A stretch of DNA of 64,000 nucleotides from a virus. Location: IMG/VR virus record IMGVR_UViG_3300008267_000025, positions 13,674 through 77,673 of that record; one strand, given 5' to 3'. The notes under the pieces were generated by a model. That model saw only the letters and a program-made list of their open reading frames with translations, was not told the DNA's origin and ran no database searches. The position numbers and the translations under genes are program-made. This document shows, in pieces, positions 8,393 to 17,649 of the stretch; within the stretch, counting starts at the first letter, position 1; each line of letters starts with the position of its first letter.

Positions 8393-8418
8393 AACCCTGA
8401 ATAACATCAGGGTTTTTT
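8393..8418 (+). terminator. Intrinsic terminator closing array 2
   Basis: AACCCTGA-ataaca-TCAGGGTT + T-tract; near-copy of 5962..5990. Confidence 0.85.
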
Positions 8419-8455
8419 ATTGCCATATAAAATTAAATTATTATATTTGTATACA

Positions 8456-8713
8456 ATGGATTATATAAACGCTTTTAAACATTTCTCAGAGAGACTAAAG
8501 GAAAGATTTAGTCAGGAGATTACATATGAACACTATATAAATAATCTTATTAGAAAAAGAACATTAGATAAGAAATATATTGGTAAACATGTAAGATATA
8601 TGGATGGGGAAAAGGTATATGTTTATCTTATATATAAGAAAGTGGAACTACCTATTACTGTATATAAATTAGATAGGATTAATAAGGGACGAGTACTTAA
8701 AACCTTATCATAA
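8456..8713 (+). CDS. Small hypothetical protein
   Basis: ATG shortly after TATATTTG; HFSERLKERF motif. Confidence 0.65.
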   Translation: MDYINAFKHFSERLKERFSQEITYEHYINNLIRKRTLDKKYIGKHVRYMDGEKVYVYLIYKKVELPITVYKLDRINKGRVLKTLS

Positions 8714-9339
8714 ATAAGACACCACTTTTTATAAGGATGAAATTCTAATCTAACCTAAAAATAATCTCACTTATAAGAGGCTCGGTGTTTATCCCTGTTA
8801 AGGTAGCCACACAACGACAGATGATTAAAATTATTAACTAAACAAACTCATTCATACATCCCCCACCCTAACGGTGGGTCGTTACGTTACACTTCGTTCC
8901 ACTCCACTAATGTACTCATTCTTTTGTTTACTTAATAATTTTCCCCCAATGTAATATTATTAGATTATAATAACCCCCCTTTCTAAAGACATACAAATAA
9001 TAAATTTTAAATGGTATAATACGTCTTTATATATAATCTATGGTAATATCATCACTATACGAAAATCGTATAATATAAGGGATATTATATGGTATTATAC
9101 AAGTAACGTATATAGTAATCTATTATGACAAAGTTATTAATTATATCCCATTGTCAGGTTTCACCTGAAATATTATATATCCCAAACTAACTTTCTTTAG
9201 TAGATTTATCATAATTTGTTATGGTATGTCTATTTAATAGGGACTTTGAATGTCCTCATTGAAGATATATTCATAACTATTCTAACACACTACGTGTTTC
9301 CCCCGATACTATACCATTATTATATACTATTTGCTGGGT

Positions 9340-9468
9340 TTTACCACTATCAAAAAAAATACCCCTCACACTATCAAGAACAACACTTTTTTACGTTCCT
9401 GATATCCACATCACCATTATCGGTGGTAAATAGTGTAACTTCGTGGTAAACAGTAGTGGTAAATAGTG
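9340..9468. repeat. Iteron-like 13-mer repeats GTGGTAAA(T/C)AGT(G/A)
   Basis: Copies at 9423, 9443 and 9456; inverted TTTACCAC at 9340. Confidence 0.65.
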
Positions 9469-9640
9469 GGGAAAGAGATTATCCCCATCATCAATCAAAC
9501 ATGACATTCTGACAAAAACAAGTTTTTTAACATATTTATTTATCAACAATTCCCCCTAATTATATCAACAACCCAATTTTGTAATAAACAAAAACCCCGT
9601 TCATAACTTTATTTTATTGTACCAATTATTATATTATATT

Positions 9641-9949
9641 ATGGAAATCCTAAATCACTTCAATATAACCGTTATCAATGATAACCAAACCTATCAAATC
9701 ATCTATTCAAAAGAAAATTATAAGGGAAGTTGTACATATAAAGAATTAACCCCACTATCAAAAAAACAATCAGGAAAAATATATGTATTAACAGATTCTA
9801 ATATGGGGGATGTTATAGAATATATACATAAACTTTCCCCACTATCCGAAAAAGATTTTAATAATATCCAAATGAGTATAAGAGAACATTCCCTCTCTAA
9901 TCTGAAATCTCATCTTCTTCAATTAAATGACGACGCCACCATCGACTAA
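9641..9949 (+). CDS. Hypothetical protein
   Basis: ORF with conspicuously many C-ending codons. Confidence 0.55.
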   Translation: MEILNHFNITVINDNQTYQIIYSKENYKGSCTYKELTPLSKKQSGKIYVLTDSNMGDVIEYIHKLSPLSEKDFNNIQMSIREHSLSNLKSHLLQLNDDATID

Positions 9950-10107
9950 TCAAACCATCACCCCTAATATATCTATCAACAAAAAATATCAGAATCAATA
10001 TAACCCCAACTATTATACTATATAAAATCATATTATAATTATATATTTTATTCTTGGCAATATCAATCTATTTCATTATCTTTGTTAAGGTTCTTTGATA
10101 TAATATT

Positions 10108-10227
10108 AGTCAGGTGGTGAAATTGGTAGACGCTGCTGTGGGGCGACACCACTCTATATAAAAACAGCATAAGCTCTTATGATTGTGTACAGATTATAAG
10201 GTACAGGTTCGAATCCTGTCCTGACGA
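10108..10227 (+). ncRNA. tRNA-like RNA with enlarged anticodon loop and long variable arm
   Basis: Acceptor (a)GTCAGG/CCTGAC, D-arm TGGTGAAATTGGTAGACGC, T-arm ACAGG-TTCGAAT-CCTGT; no canonical 7-nt anticodon loop. Confidence 0.65.
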
Positions 10228-10295
10228 CTACTATACACAAAGTGTATTAGTGATGGTTGACTTAATTGTCTTGTGGCGATACCTTAATTCGACTT

Positions 10296-10321
10296 ACTCT
10301 ATCCACGAGATAGAGTTTTTT
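10296..10321 (+). terminator. Intrinsic terminator after tRNA-like RNA
   Basis: ACTCTATC...GATAGAGT + T-tract. Confidence 0.7.
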
Positions 10322-10391
10322 AATAAAGTTGACAATATAAAATATATTACGTATCTTTGTTAGAGTTCTTTGAATGATTTAAATATGATAT

Positions 10392-10466
10392 AGCGAGTCG
10401 GAGAAATGGTAACTCGTTGGGCTCATAACCCAAAGATAAGTGGTTCGATTCCACTACTCGCAACCA
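10392..10466 (+). tRNA. tRNA-Met(CAT), initiator type
   Basis: Anticodon stem TTGGG/CCCAA (three G-C pairs), loop CTCATAA, 1:72 mismatch, encoded CCA. Confidence 0.92.
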
Positions 10467-10473
10467 AATATAT

Positions 10474-10545
10474 GCTCCCATAGTCTATCGGTTAGGACGC
10501 ATCCCTTTCACGGATGAGAGACGAGTTCGATTCTCGTTGGGAGTA
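10474..10545 (+). tRNA. tRNA-Glu(TTC)
   Basis: GCTCCCA/TGGGAGT acceptor; CATCC-CTTTCAC-GGATG anticodon arm. Confidence 0.92.
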
Positions 10546-10549
10546 CTTT

Positions 10550-10626
10550 AGTCAGGTAGCACATTGGAGATGCACGGTAAGGCGACCCCTTATGTGGATA
10601 CGCAGGTTCGAATCCTGTCCTGGCTA
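10550..10626 (+). ncRNA. Second tRNA-like RNA (non-canonical anticodon arm)
   Basis: AGTCAGG/CCTGGCT acceptor, GCAGG-TTCGAAT-CCTGT T-arm, central TAAGG-cgacc-CCTTA hairpin. Confidence 0.6.
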
Positions 10627-10643
10627 CAAAAAAAATAAACGTT

Positions 10644-10811
10644 ATGGAAAAGACATTATTAAACATCTTACTCATCCCAACTATTGGGGGTACTATTATG
10701 ACTCTATGTTCTCTTATACTTAATGATTTTAACTTAACCATCAGTTCATTATCAATTACAGTATTCAGTTCTTCCATTTACTTAACAGGTTTATTAATGA
10801 AAAAATCATGA
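10644..10811 (+). CDS. Small membrane protein, 55 aa (not in ORF track)
   Basis: MEKTLLNILLIPTIGGTIMTLCSLIL...; two hydrophobic segments; ATGA overlap with next gene. Confidence 0.6.
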   Translation: MEKTLLNILLIPTIGGTIMTLCSLILNDFNLTISSLSITVFSSSIYLTGLLMKKS

Positions 10812-11002
10812 TACAAATCGACGATATAATAAAATACGAAGAAGGTGATATGACAGAGATTGAAATGATTCACTTATTTAGTGGTCTAATCAAATCTAAA
10901 CAAGCTTGGTCTCTCCAAGGTCACTACGGAAGAACTGCAACTTCCCTCATCCAAAATAATATATTAGATATGGATGGGAATATATTAATCGATTTGGAAT
11001 AA
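10808..11002 (+). CDS. Small phage hypothetical protein
   Basis: LI.S.QAWSLQGHYGRTA motif. Confidence 0.7.
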   Translation: MIQIDDIIKYEEGDMTEIEMIHLFSGLIKSKQAWSLQGHYGRTATSLIQNNILDMDGNILIDLE

Positions 11003-11009
11003 TATGATT

Positions 11010-11081
11010 GGCCCCATAGTTAAACGGAGATAACGAATCTCTTCTAAAGATTAGTTCCTAGTTCGATTCTAGGTGGGGCTA
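11010..11081 (+). tRNA. tRNA-Arg(TCT)
   Basis: GGCCCCA/TGGGGCT acceptor; AATCT-CTTCTAA-AGATT anticodon arm. Confidence 0.92.
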
Positions 11082-11678
11082 CTAATTATCCCTTTTTATA
11101 TCTCTATTTATTTTACTACATAGTGGTTGTAAATTACTAAAATGATTTAATTTAATAACATCCTCTTCACTATTACACATTGAAAGAGGTTTGATGTGGT
11201 CAATATCCCAACCATAATTAAACTTCCCATTATATAATCCATAATTATCCCAACTCATCCACGATTCAAATTTAGATTCTATATATTCTTTTAACTCACC
11301 ATAGGTACAACCTATAATATCATTCGTACTTACTGATTTAGTTATAGACAATTTCTTTATTATTTGATTAATTCTTTTATAAATTAAGGTTTTCAACCTA
11401 TAAATAGGGTCATTGATTAACTTATTTCTCCTATAGTTATTCTTACGTTCTTTTATAATATCTTTATTCTCCTGATAATACTCCGAATCCCTAACTTTCC
11501 TTATTTCTTTTGTCGATTCATAATACTTTTTATTATACTCCTTAGTACGATTCTTATGAGAATCGTTATTTACCCTCCAATTTTTTCTATACTCTTTCTT
11601 ACATAGTTTACAGATATTACCACTCTTGGGAAACTCACTAAGTTCTTTATTTAAATCACATTTAATACACTCTTTCAT
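11082..11678 (-). CDS. Free-standing HNH-type homing endonuclease
   Basis: N-terminal CxxC..CxxC; WMSWDNYG..WDIDHIKPL..NHFSNLQPL; abuts tRNA-Arg. Confidence 0.8.
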   Translation of the reverse strand: MKECIKCDLNKELSEFPKSGNICKLCKKEYRKNWRVNNDSHKNRTKEYNKKYYESTKEIRKVRDSEYYQENKDIIKERKNNYRRNKLINDPIYRLKTLIYKRINQIIKKLSITKSVSTNDIIGCTYGELKEYIESKFESWMSWDNYGLYNGKFNYGWDIDHIKPLSMCNSEEDVIKLNHFSNLQPLCSKINRDIKRDN

Positions 11679-12290
11679 ATTAATAAATATATGAAGTTTC
11701 CCTAAGTGAACTTACATTTATTTGGTAGTCTCATTATATTTCACTACCTTTACTATGTCACCTACGGGAGTGGTTAAGACGGGCGGTTTAATAATTAAAT
11801 TGGGGATTTTCTAAGTGAACCTGCTCTATACTCTAATATCCCCCACACTTATTCGCAGGTCGGAGTCCACTCTCTCCCCAATCCTATTGGTTAGCCGTCA
11901 AGGGTATAACCCCAATCACTATATCAAAGGTAATCATTCCCCCATTCATTTACAAATTAACTTATCAACATGTTACACTGTCATGTTAATATCTTTATTT
12001 GTCCTTATCATTTGTTTTACATGACCCCCATATTTAACCCATATCATTCGTAGGGAGGTAGGGGTCTTTTATTATACCACAAACCATTTAAACCCCCCTA
12101 TACCCCTCCTATTGGGGGATAGACCCCCTCCCCTCCCCGTATCCCCCCTCCATATAGTGACTTTTTGACATGAAAATGGGGGGATAAAGCCTTAATCGAT
12201 GTTTATAATTAAAAACCTAAAAAAAATTCTAGAAAAATTTTTTGGAAAAATGAACCCCTATATAATATGTGGGGTGTGTATTTATTTCAT

Positions 12291-12689
12291 ATGAAAAATG
12301 AAAAATCCCCAAATGATGAGTTAGATGTTAAGGAGGTTAAATTAAGGGATTGGGTGAGTGTATATAAGAGATATAATTTTCATTTAAATAATGAAGTGGT
12401 TGGTTACATGATAGGGTTAAAGAAGGATGGTGTATTTAATCTTGATGTAATTCAAACAGACATACGATATAGGGGTAAACATATGGGTGAGAAATTCATT
12501 ATAAAGTATTTACAGAAGTTTGGTGGTAGTATATGTTCAGAACCTAGTGGTGGGAGAAGTTATACGGCTGATAAAATGTGGGAAAGATTATATAGGAGAG
12601 ATGATGTTATAATTATGAAGGAGGAGATTTTTCATTCCTATGATAAAATAATAATTAATCATTATACTATATCATTGAAATTTATATAA
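12291..12689 (+). CDS. GNAT-like acetyltransferase
   Basis: YRGKHMG acetyl-CoA-loop-like motif, A..MWERL. Confidence 0.6.
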   Translation: MKNEKSPNDELDVKEVKLRDWVSVYKRYNFHLNNEVVGYMIGLKKDGVFNLDVIQTDIRYRGKHMGEKFIIKYLQKFGGSICSEPSGGRSYTADKMWERLYRRDDVIIMKEEIFHSYDKIIINHYTISLKFI

Positions 12690-12773
12690 CACGACCCCCT
12701 ATTTTAAATTACTCTTCAATGTAAAAAAATTCTGGAAAAATTTTTTGGGAAAATTAAGTATTTATAAAGTGAT

Positions 12774-13655
12774 ATGAGAAAATTAATTATAACAGAAAAT
12801 GATAAACAAAACATTCTTAGGATGTATGGGTTGATTAATGAACAATCATCCCCGTGTCAATTTGACAATTATCAAAATGGGGATGGTGTTAATAAACCAA
12901 AAATAACAATTAATAAGTCATCTGTCGGTGTTGAGTTGATATATGAAGGACCTGAGACAGGATTTTGCATCCAACATTCAAAAGGGTCGACAGGTGATAG
13001 TATCCATCAATTGGCCGGTGTGACACGAGTGGTTGTTTCTAGATACCTTAAAGAATTGTATGGTAATGGAATTTATGTTTATCCGGACTTAAAAAGCATA
13101 ACCATGGTTAAAAAAGATATGTTTTTTAACATTAATATACCTTTTGTTAAAACAACCGAAGATAAAGCAATTACCAATTTTAATGAGAGAGGTGGTTGGG
13201 GACATAATGGTATTAGTTCACTTAACGATTTTAAGAGTACTATATCAGATAAGAATAAATATGGTTTGGTTAGTGTTGTAACCAAAGTAGCGTCAGGCGG
13301 TAATTCTCCCGATATAACGGAACATTGGGTTTCATTTAGAGATTTAGTTGCGTATCCTATTAAGGGTGGTAATACATTGAATAATTTGGATAAGAAAGAA
13401 CCTATTAAAGTAAATACCCCTGATTTAACAACAAAACTAAGTAATTTAGATAAGAAAGAGACTATTAATAAATCAACGGGTGATAAAATAGTTACTAATT
13501 ATGATAGGGCGTATGATTATAAATTAACTTCAGATAATAAAGTTATGTTTAAGGGTAAGAAATGGACTAAGTATGGTGAAAAGTATCCTGAATGGACTGA
13601 CCCGTTAAGTGAAAAAGGTGAAACCGCTATTAGAACTAAAGTTTTTAAACAATAA
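12774..13655 (+). CDS. Putative virion-associated protein with (I/L)xE leader
   Basis: MRKLIITENDKQNILRMYGLINEQ; C-terminal module shared with 22165 protein. Confidence 0.7.
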   Translation: MRKLIITENDKQNILRMYGLINEQSSPCQFDNYQNGDGVNKPKITINKSSVGVELIYEGPETGFCIQHSKGSTGDSIHQLAGVTRVVVSRYLKELYGNGIYVYPDLKSITMVKKDMFFNINIPFVKTTEDKAITNFNERGGWGHNGISSLNDFKSTISDKNKYGLVSVVTKVASGGNSPDITEHWVSFRDLVAYPIKGGNTLNNLDKKEPIKVNTPDLTTKLSNLDKKETINKSTGDKIVTNYDRAYDYKLTSDNKVMFKGKKWTKYGEKYPEWTDPLSEKGETAIRTKVFKQ

Positions 13656-13742
13656 TAATATAATTAAAACCCCATCTTAGTATGGGGTTTTTTATTAGAT
13701 TTTTTTGGAAAAATTAAGTATTTATAAATAAATTAAAACAAT

Positions 13743-14072
13743 ATGAAAAAGACTATAAGATTAACAGAGTCAGATTTAATAAGAATCGTTGAGAGAGTTA
13801 TTAATGAGCAATCAGATTGCTCGAAATTAATTAAACTGAAATCAGGTATGAACCCAGGTACAGGAGCTATGGCTAATGGGTATAAACCAGAAAAAGACAC
13901 TTGGAAGAACGACTTATCCAAAGTTGTTAAACATACAAGTATGTATAAATACAATGGTGATTCATTGGAAGCTTTAAAGGCTAGTTCGGCTTGTAATCCA
14001 TCAAAACAAAGTATTGATTATGTTACCTTTGTTAAAGGTGGTGAAAAAATAACTTATTTGGGTATCGACTAA
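13743..14072 (+). CDS. Hypothetical protein with (I/L)xE leader
   Basis: MKKTIRLTESDLIRIVERVINEQ. Confidence 0.7.
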   Translation: MKKTIRLTESDLIRIVERVINEQSDCSKLIKLKSGMNPGTGAMANGYKPEKDTWKNDLSKVVKHTSMYKYNGDSLEALKASSACNPSKQSIDYVTFVKGGEKITYLGID

Positions 14073-14344
14073 ATTTTATAAAAACCCCCATCTTTAATAT
14101 AGGTGGGGTTTTTTATTTATATAACCCTTGGTTTTCCATATAGATTTATAATCTGGTGGGTTATTTTCAGTTAATATGAGTTAGATATCATTTGGGATAT
14201 TAAATGTCGTTAAAACGGTTATTTTGGGGTATTTGATAGTGGATAAAAAAGTAAGAAAATTTCATACTTTCCGGAAAACGTTTTTGACCTTTGGTCAATA
14301 TTCCCCCTACCCCCTTTTTTTTATAATCATTATATTTATTAGAT

Positions 14345-14713
14345 ATGAAAATAATACTAAGTGAAAATAAAATGACATCTGTTTTTCAGAATTTGATAGA
14401 TGAAGGTTTGGCGGAGTTTAAAAGACTTTCGGACGAAGTTGATTTGGATGATGAAACGTCAATAGAACAATCGGAAGTTATTAATTCTATAAGAATAAAT
14501 AATATTGAAAAAGTTAACGTTAATGGAATAATTATTTTTAATGTTTTCGTTAATGTTGAAACAGAGTCTATTCGTCAATATGAAGAAGTTGATGATTTTC
14601 TTGACGTATTATCATATTATGTTAAAGGCCGTTCATTTCATGATAATAAGAAAATAAAAATTGTTTTTAAGTTGGATGAGCTTATTCATAAAAAATTAGA
14701 CAGTAATTGGTAA
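14345..14713 (+). CDS. Hypothetical protein with leader
   Basis: MKIILSENK. Confidence 0.7.
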   Translation: MKIILSENKMTSVFQNLIDEGLAEFKRLSDEVDLDDETSIEQSEVINSIRINNIEKVNVNGIIIFNVFVNVETESIRQYEEVDDFLDVLSYYVKGRSFHDNKKIKIVFKLDELIHKKLDSNW

Positions 14714-15643
14714 ATGAAAAAAAAAATAAGATTAAGAGAAACTGAGTTAGTAAAATTAATTTCTAATGTTATTTCAGAGCAAGAAGTTAATGAACAAATT
14801 TTTCGTTCACTACTTAATAAGATGACAGGTGGTCTTAGTAAAACACCATCTGTTATTATTAATAATTCTATTGAATTAGGAAATGAAATTAAAAGACTTA
14901 TACCTAAAAATAATTTGTCCGATAAAAAAGAGATGTCTCGTTTAATAACGAAATTAGGTAATTTAGGTAATGAATCTGATTTATATAAGGTAAATTATAT
15001 TAAAAAATATGGTCAAAAAGAATATGATAATTTAATTCTTCAATATTTGTATGATAATATTGATAAAAAAGAATTAATCGGAATATTAAGTAATGTTAAA
15101 AACCCAACGATACGATTAAAACCGATTATGGGTTTAGGTCGTGAGCATAAAGTATTTGAATCGGTAATATACCCTAATAAAATTATTAAAGTTGAGACGA
15201 CTCCTGGTACAGTTAATAAGTGGTATAATATATTTAAAAGTAGACCTGATATTTTTCCAGAAATATTTAAAACGATAAAGGTAAATGGTAAAGAAGGTGA
15301 AAAATTAATAGGTGTTGTATTGGAAAGATTAGACACTTCAAAATTTACAAAATTATGGGATGAAATTGAATCTGAAATGTATCCACTTTTTAAAAATTTA
15401 CCAATATCAGAAAGAGAAGTTTCATTGGAAGGTATTGTTAAATATATTAAAACCCCTAAAGTAAAAAAACAATGGGAGGAACTTTTAATTTTTACAAAAA
15501 AACAAAACCCTAGTTTAAGTAAAAGTATAGATGAGTTTTCAAAGATGGTAAATGAATTATATAAGATAACGCCAAACCCTGACATTAGGAAATTTAATTT
15601 TGGATATACGGATAAAGGTGTTTTAAAATGTTTAGATATTTAA
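14714..15643 (+). CDS. Protein-kinase-like protein with leader
   Basis: MGLGREHKVF (Gly loop), IIKV, VLERL, DIRKFNFG (catalytic loop), terminal LDI. Confidence 0.6.
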   Translation: MKKKIRLRETELVKLISNVISEQEVNEQIFRSLLNKMTGGLSKTPSVIINNSIELGNEIKRLIPKNNLSDKKEMSRLITKLGNLGNESDLYKVNYIKKYGQKEYDNLILQYLYDNIDKKELIGILSNVKNPTIRLKPIMGLGREHKVFESVIYPNKIIKVETTPGTVNKWYNIFKSRPDIFPEIFKTIKVNGKEGEKLIGVVLERLDTSKFTKLWDEIESEMYPLFKNLPISEREVSLEGIVKYIKTPKVKKQWEELLIFTKKQNPSLSKSIDEFSKMVNELYKITPNPDIRKFNFGYTDKGVLKCLDI

Positions 15644-15649
15644 AATATT

Positions 15650-16033
15650 ATGAAAAATATTAATCAAGAAATAGACAGGATAAATCAATTATCAGATTAT
15701 AAGATTGGGGTTGTTGTTAGTGAACAAGTATATAATGTTAAACAAACGATGTTTTTCCAGAAAAAAATTGATGAGATTTTAAAACATCTAAAACAAAGAT
15801 ATAAGGATGAGGAGATTAATTCAGAAAATTGGTATTTAAGTTTATTTAGTAGAATTAATAAAGTTATATTAACCGATATTAAACTTAAAAAAGAAATGTT
15901 AGTTTATATTGATGTTTATTCAGATGAATTTCTTGATGAAGATGATATTCAAAGTTTTGCCGGTTATTTAAAATATAAATTTTCAGATTACGGTTTTCCT
16001 GTTTGGTTTATACCCAATAAAATTATAGAATAA
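15650..16033 (+). CDS. Hypothetical protein with leader
   Basis: EIDRINQLSDYKIGVVVSEQ (shared with 24419 and 42728). Confidence 0.7.
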   Translation: MKNINQEIDRINQLSDYKIGVVVSEQVYNVKQTMFFQKKIDEILKHLKQRYKDEEINSENWYLSLFSRINKVILTDIKLKKEMLVYIDVYSDEFLDEDDIQSFAGYLKYKFSDYGFPVWFIPNKIIE

Positions 16034-16084
16034 TCTTTAAACCCTCACTTTGAATAGTTGAGGGTTTTTTATTATATTTGTATT

Positions 16085-16612
16085 ATGGGTAATTTAAATT
16101 TTAAACGTAAGGGAATTGTGTATGAGCCACTTTGTTCATGGAGAACCGATTCTATAACTGAAGTGGGTATTTATCAAGGTGATAGAGGTTCGAATCCTGA
16201 GTTAGATTTTATTGTAAAATATAAAGAAGAGGGTAAGAGATTACGAACCCCATCGCATACGCATTGGATTGTGGATTTATTAATTAAATCTGAATTAAAT
16301 AAGGAAGTATTATCATATTACATACGTGATTTGATTAGTATGTATGATGAAATGAAACCGTTTGTTACATTGGAAGAGAGGTCTAACTATATATTAGTTA
16401 ATCCTTCAATTATGGATATAAAATATTCAATGTTTAATGAAAGGGGTTGTTATAGTATTAGTACTTTAACCTCGTTTATTGAATTATTTTCTAAGTGTGA
16501 GAAACAGGGTGAAGATGCCTTTATGTTTAGAGGGTTATTAGTATTAATTGAAGAGTATTGTAAAGGTTTAAAAGATTATTATCAGGTTGTTGGGTATTCC
16601 AAAAGAGTATAA
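16085..16612 (+). CDS. Hypothetical protein
   Basis: ATG after TATATTTG; RTPSHTHWIVDL motif. Confidence 0.7.
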   Translation: MGNLNFKRKGIVYEPLCSWRTDSITEVGIYQGDRGSNPELDFIVKYKEEGKRLRTPSHTHWIVDLLIKSELNKEVLSYYIRDLISMYDEMKPFVTLEERSNYILVNPSIMDIKYSMFNERGCYSISTLTSFIELFSKCEKQGEDAFMFRGLLVLIEEYCKGLKDYYQVVGYSKRV

Positions 16613-16623
16613 TATTTATTATC

Positions 16624-17580
16624 ATGAATAAAAATGAAAAATTAATTGATTTAATTAATCAATTCAATGAAGGTAACATTGAAGACTTAATGTTGTATTT
16701 TCAAGACGAAACTCTAATATCATCTTTTTTAAAAAAGAAGAGTGTTTTACCGTTAATAAAACCATTTAATGCGAATTTTGATACTGAATACTTAAACAAA
16801 ATTCTTTATTTAAAGTTAAATACTGACGAATCAGATGAAATTTTAAGTGAAATTTGTGAGAACTCTTTTCCTGATGTTATAGAAGAAAATAATGAATTTT
16901 ATTATGTTGGGGATTATTCTGAAGATTTCGCAGATGATTTAAGTAGGTTATTTAATAGTAGTATAGAAAATAACCAATGTGAGGATATAGCTAATGTTGT
17001 TTTATCAAATGATTATCAATTACTTGGTATTGGTGGTGGTTATTATGATGTTTATGATAATATTATTAGTAAATTAAATTTAAAAAATAAGGAGATTTTA
17101 AAAAATATAATATTAAAACGACATAATGGGACTAAATTAGAAGACGGAACCATTGTTAATGTTAACAACATAGATAACATTATTAAGGATAAAAAAAATA
17201 TTTTAGAGATTTTTGAAATTGATAATGATTTAGAAAATGAATTACATAATGTTTATAATAAGGCTTGTAACCGAGCTTTATATGATGAGTATTTTGGAAT
17301 TGTTATAAATGAATTAAAAAAGTATTTTAATATAACCTATACATTGGAACGTAAAATCGTTAAAGTTAGAATACTAAATTTTAAAAAAATTATAAATGAT
17401 TTTTTATTTGATACTCAACACTTTGGTGATATATATAACATCACTTATTATCAAAATTTTATTAAAATACTCAGGGTTTTAATGTCATCAGATGAAAGTG
17501 GATATCGTCAATTATCATTTGATGAAATCGAGTCCCCTAACGAAAAATTAACTATTAAATATTTGAATGAATTTTTTTAA
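16624..17580 (+). CDS. Hypothetical acidic protein (possible distant paralog of 58364..59431)
   Basis: 318 aa ORF after TATTTAT. Confidence 0.7.
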   Translation: MNKNEKLIDLINQFNEGNIEDLMLYFQDETLISSFLKKKSVLPLIKPFNANFDTEYLNKILYLKLNTDESDEILSEICENSFPDVIEENNEFYYVGDYSEDFADDLSRLFNSSIENNQCEDIANVVLSNDYQLLGIGGGYYDVYDNIISKLNLKNKEILKNIILKRHNGTKLEDGTIVNVNNIDNIIKDKKNILEIFEIDNDLENELHNVYNKACNRALYDEYFGIVINELKKYFNITYTLERKIVKVRILNFKKIINDFLFDTQHFGDIYNITYYQNFIKILRVLMSSDESGYRQLSFDEIESPNEKLTIKYLNEFF

Positions 17581-17649
17581 TGTTAAATTAACCCTCCATT
17601 TAGGAGGGTTTTTTGTTTAATCTAATATTTATTAATAAAAATATATACG

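Noticed and set aside
10508-10777. ORFs 10508..10777(-) and 10514..10723(+)
   Set aside because: Overlap the tRNA genes; shadow ORFs.
9216-12024. ORFs 9216..9449 and 11815..12024
   Set aside because: TTG/GTG starts, atypical composition, and located in the repeat-rich non-coding island.
16184-16201. tRNA T-loop-like AGGTTCGAATCCT
   Set aside because: Lies inside a CDS, with no acceptor or D arm.
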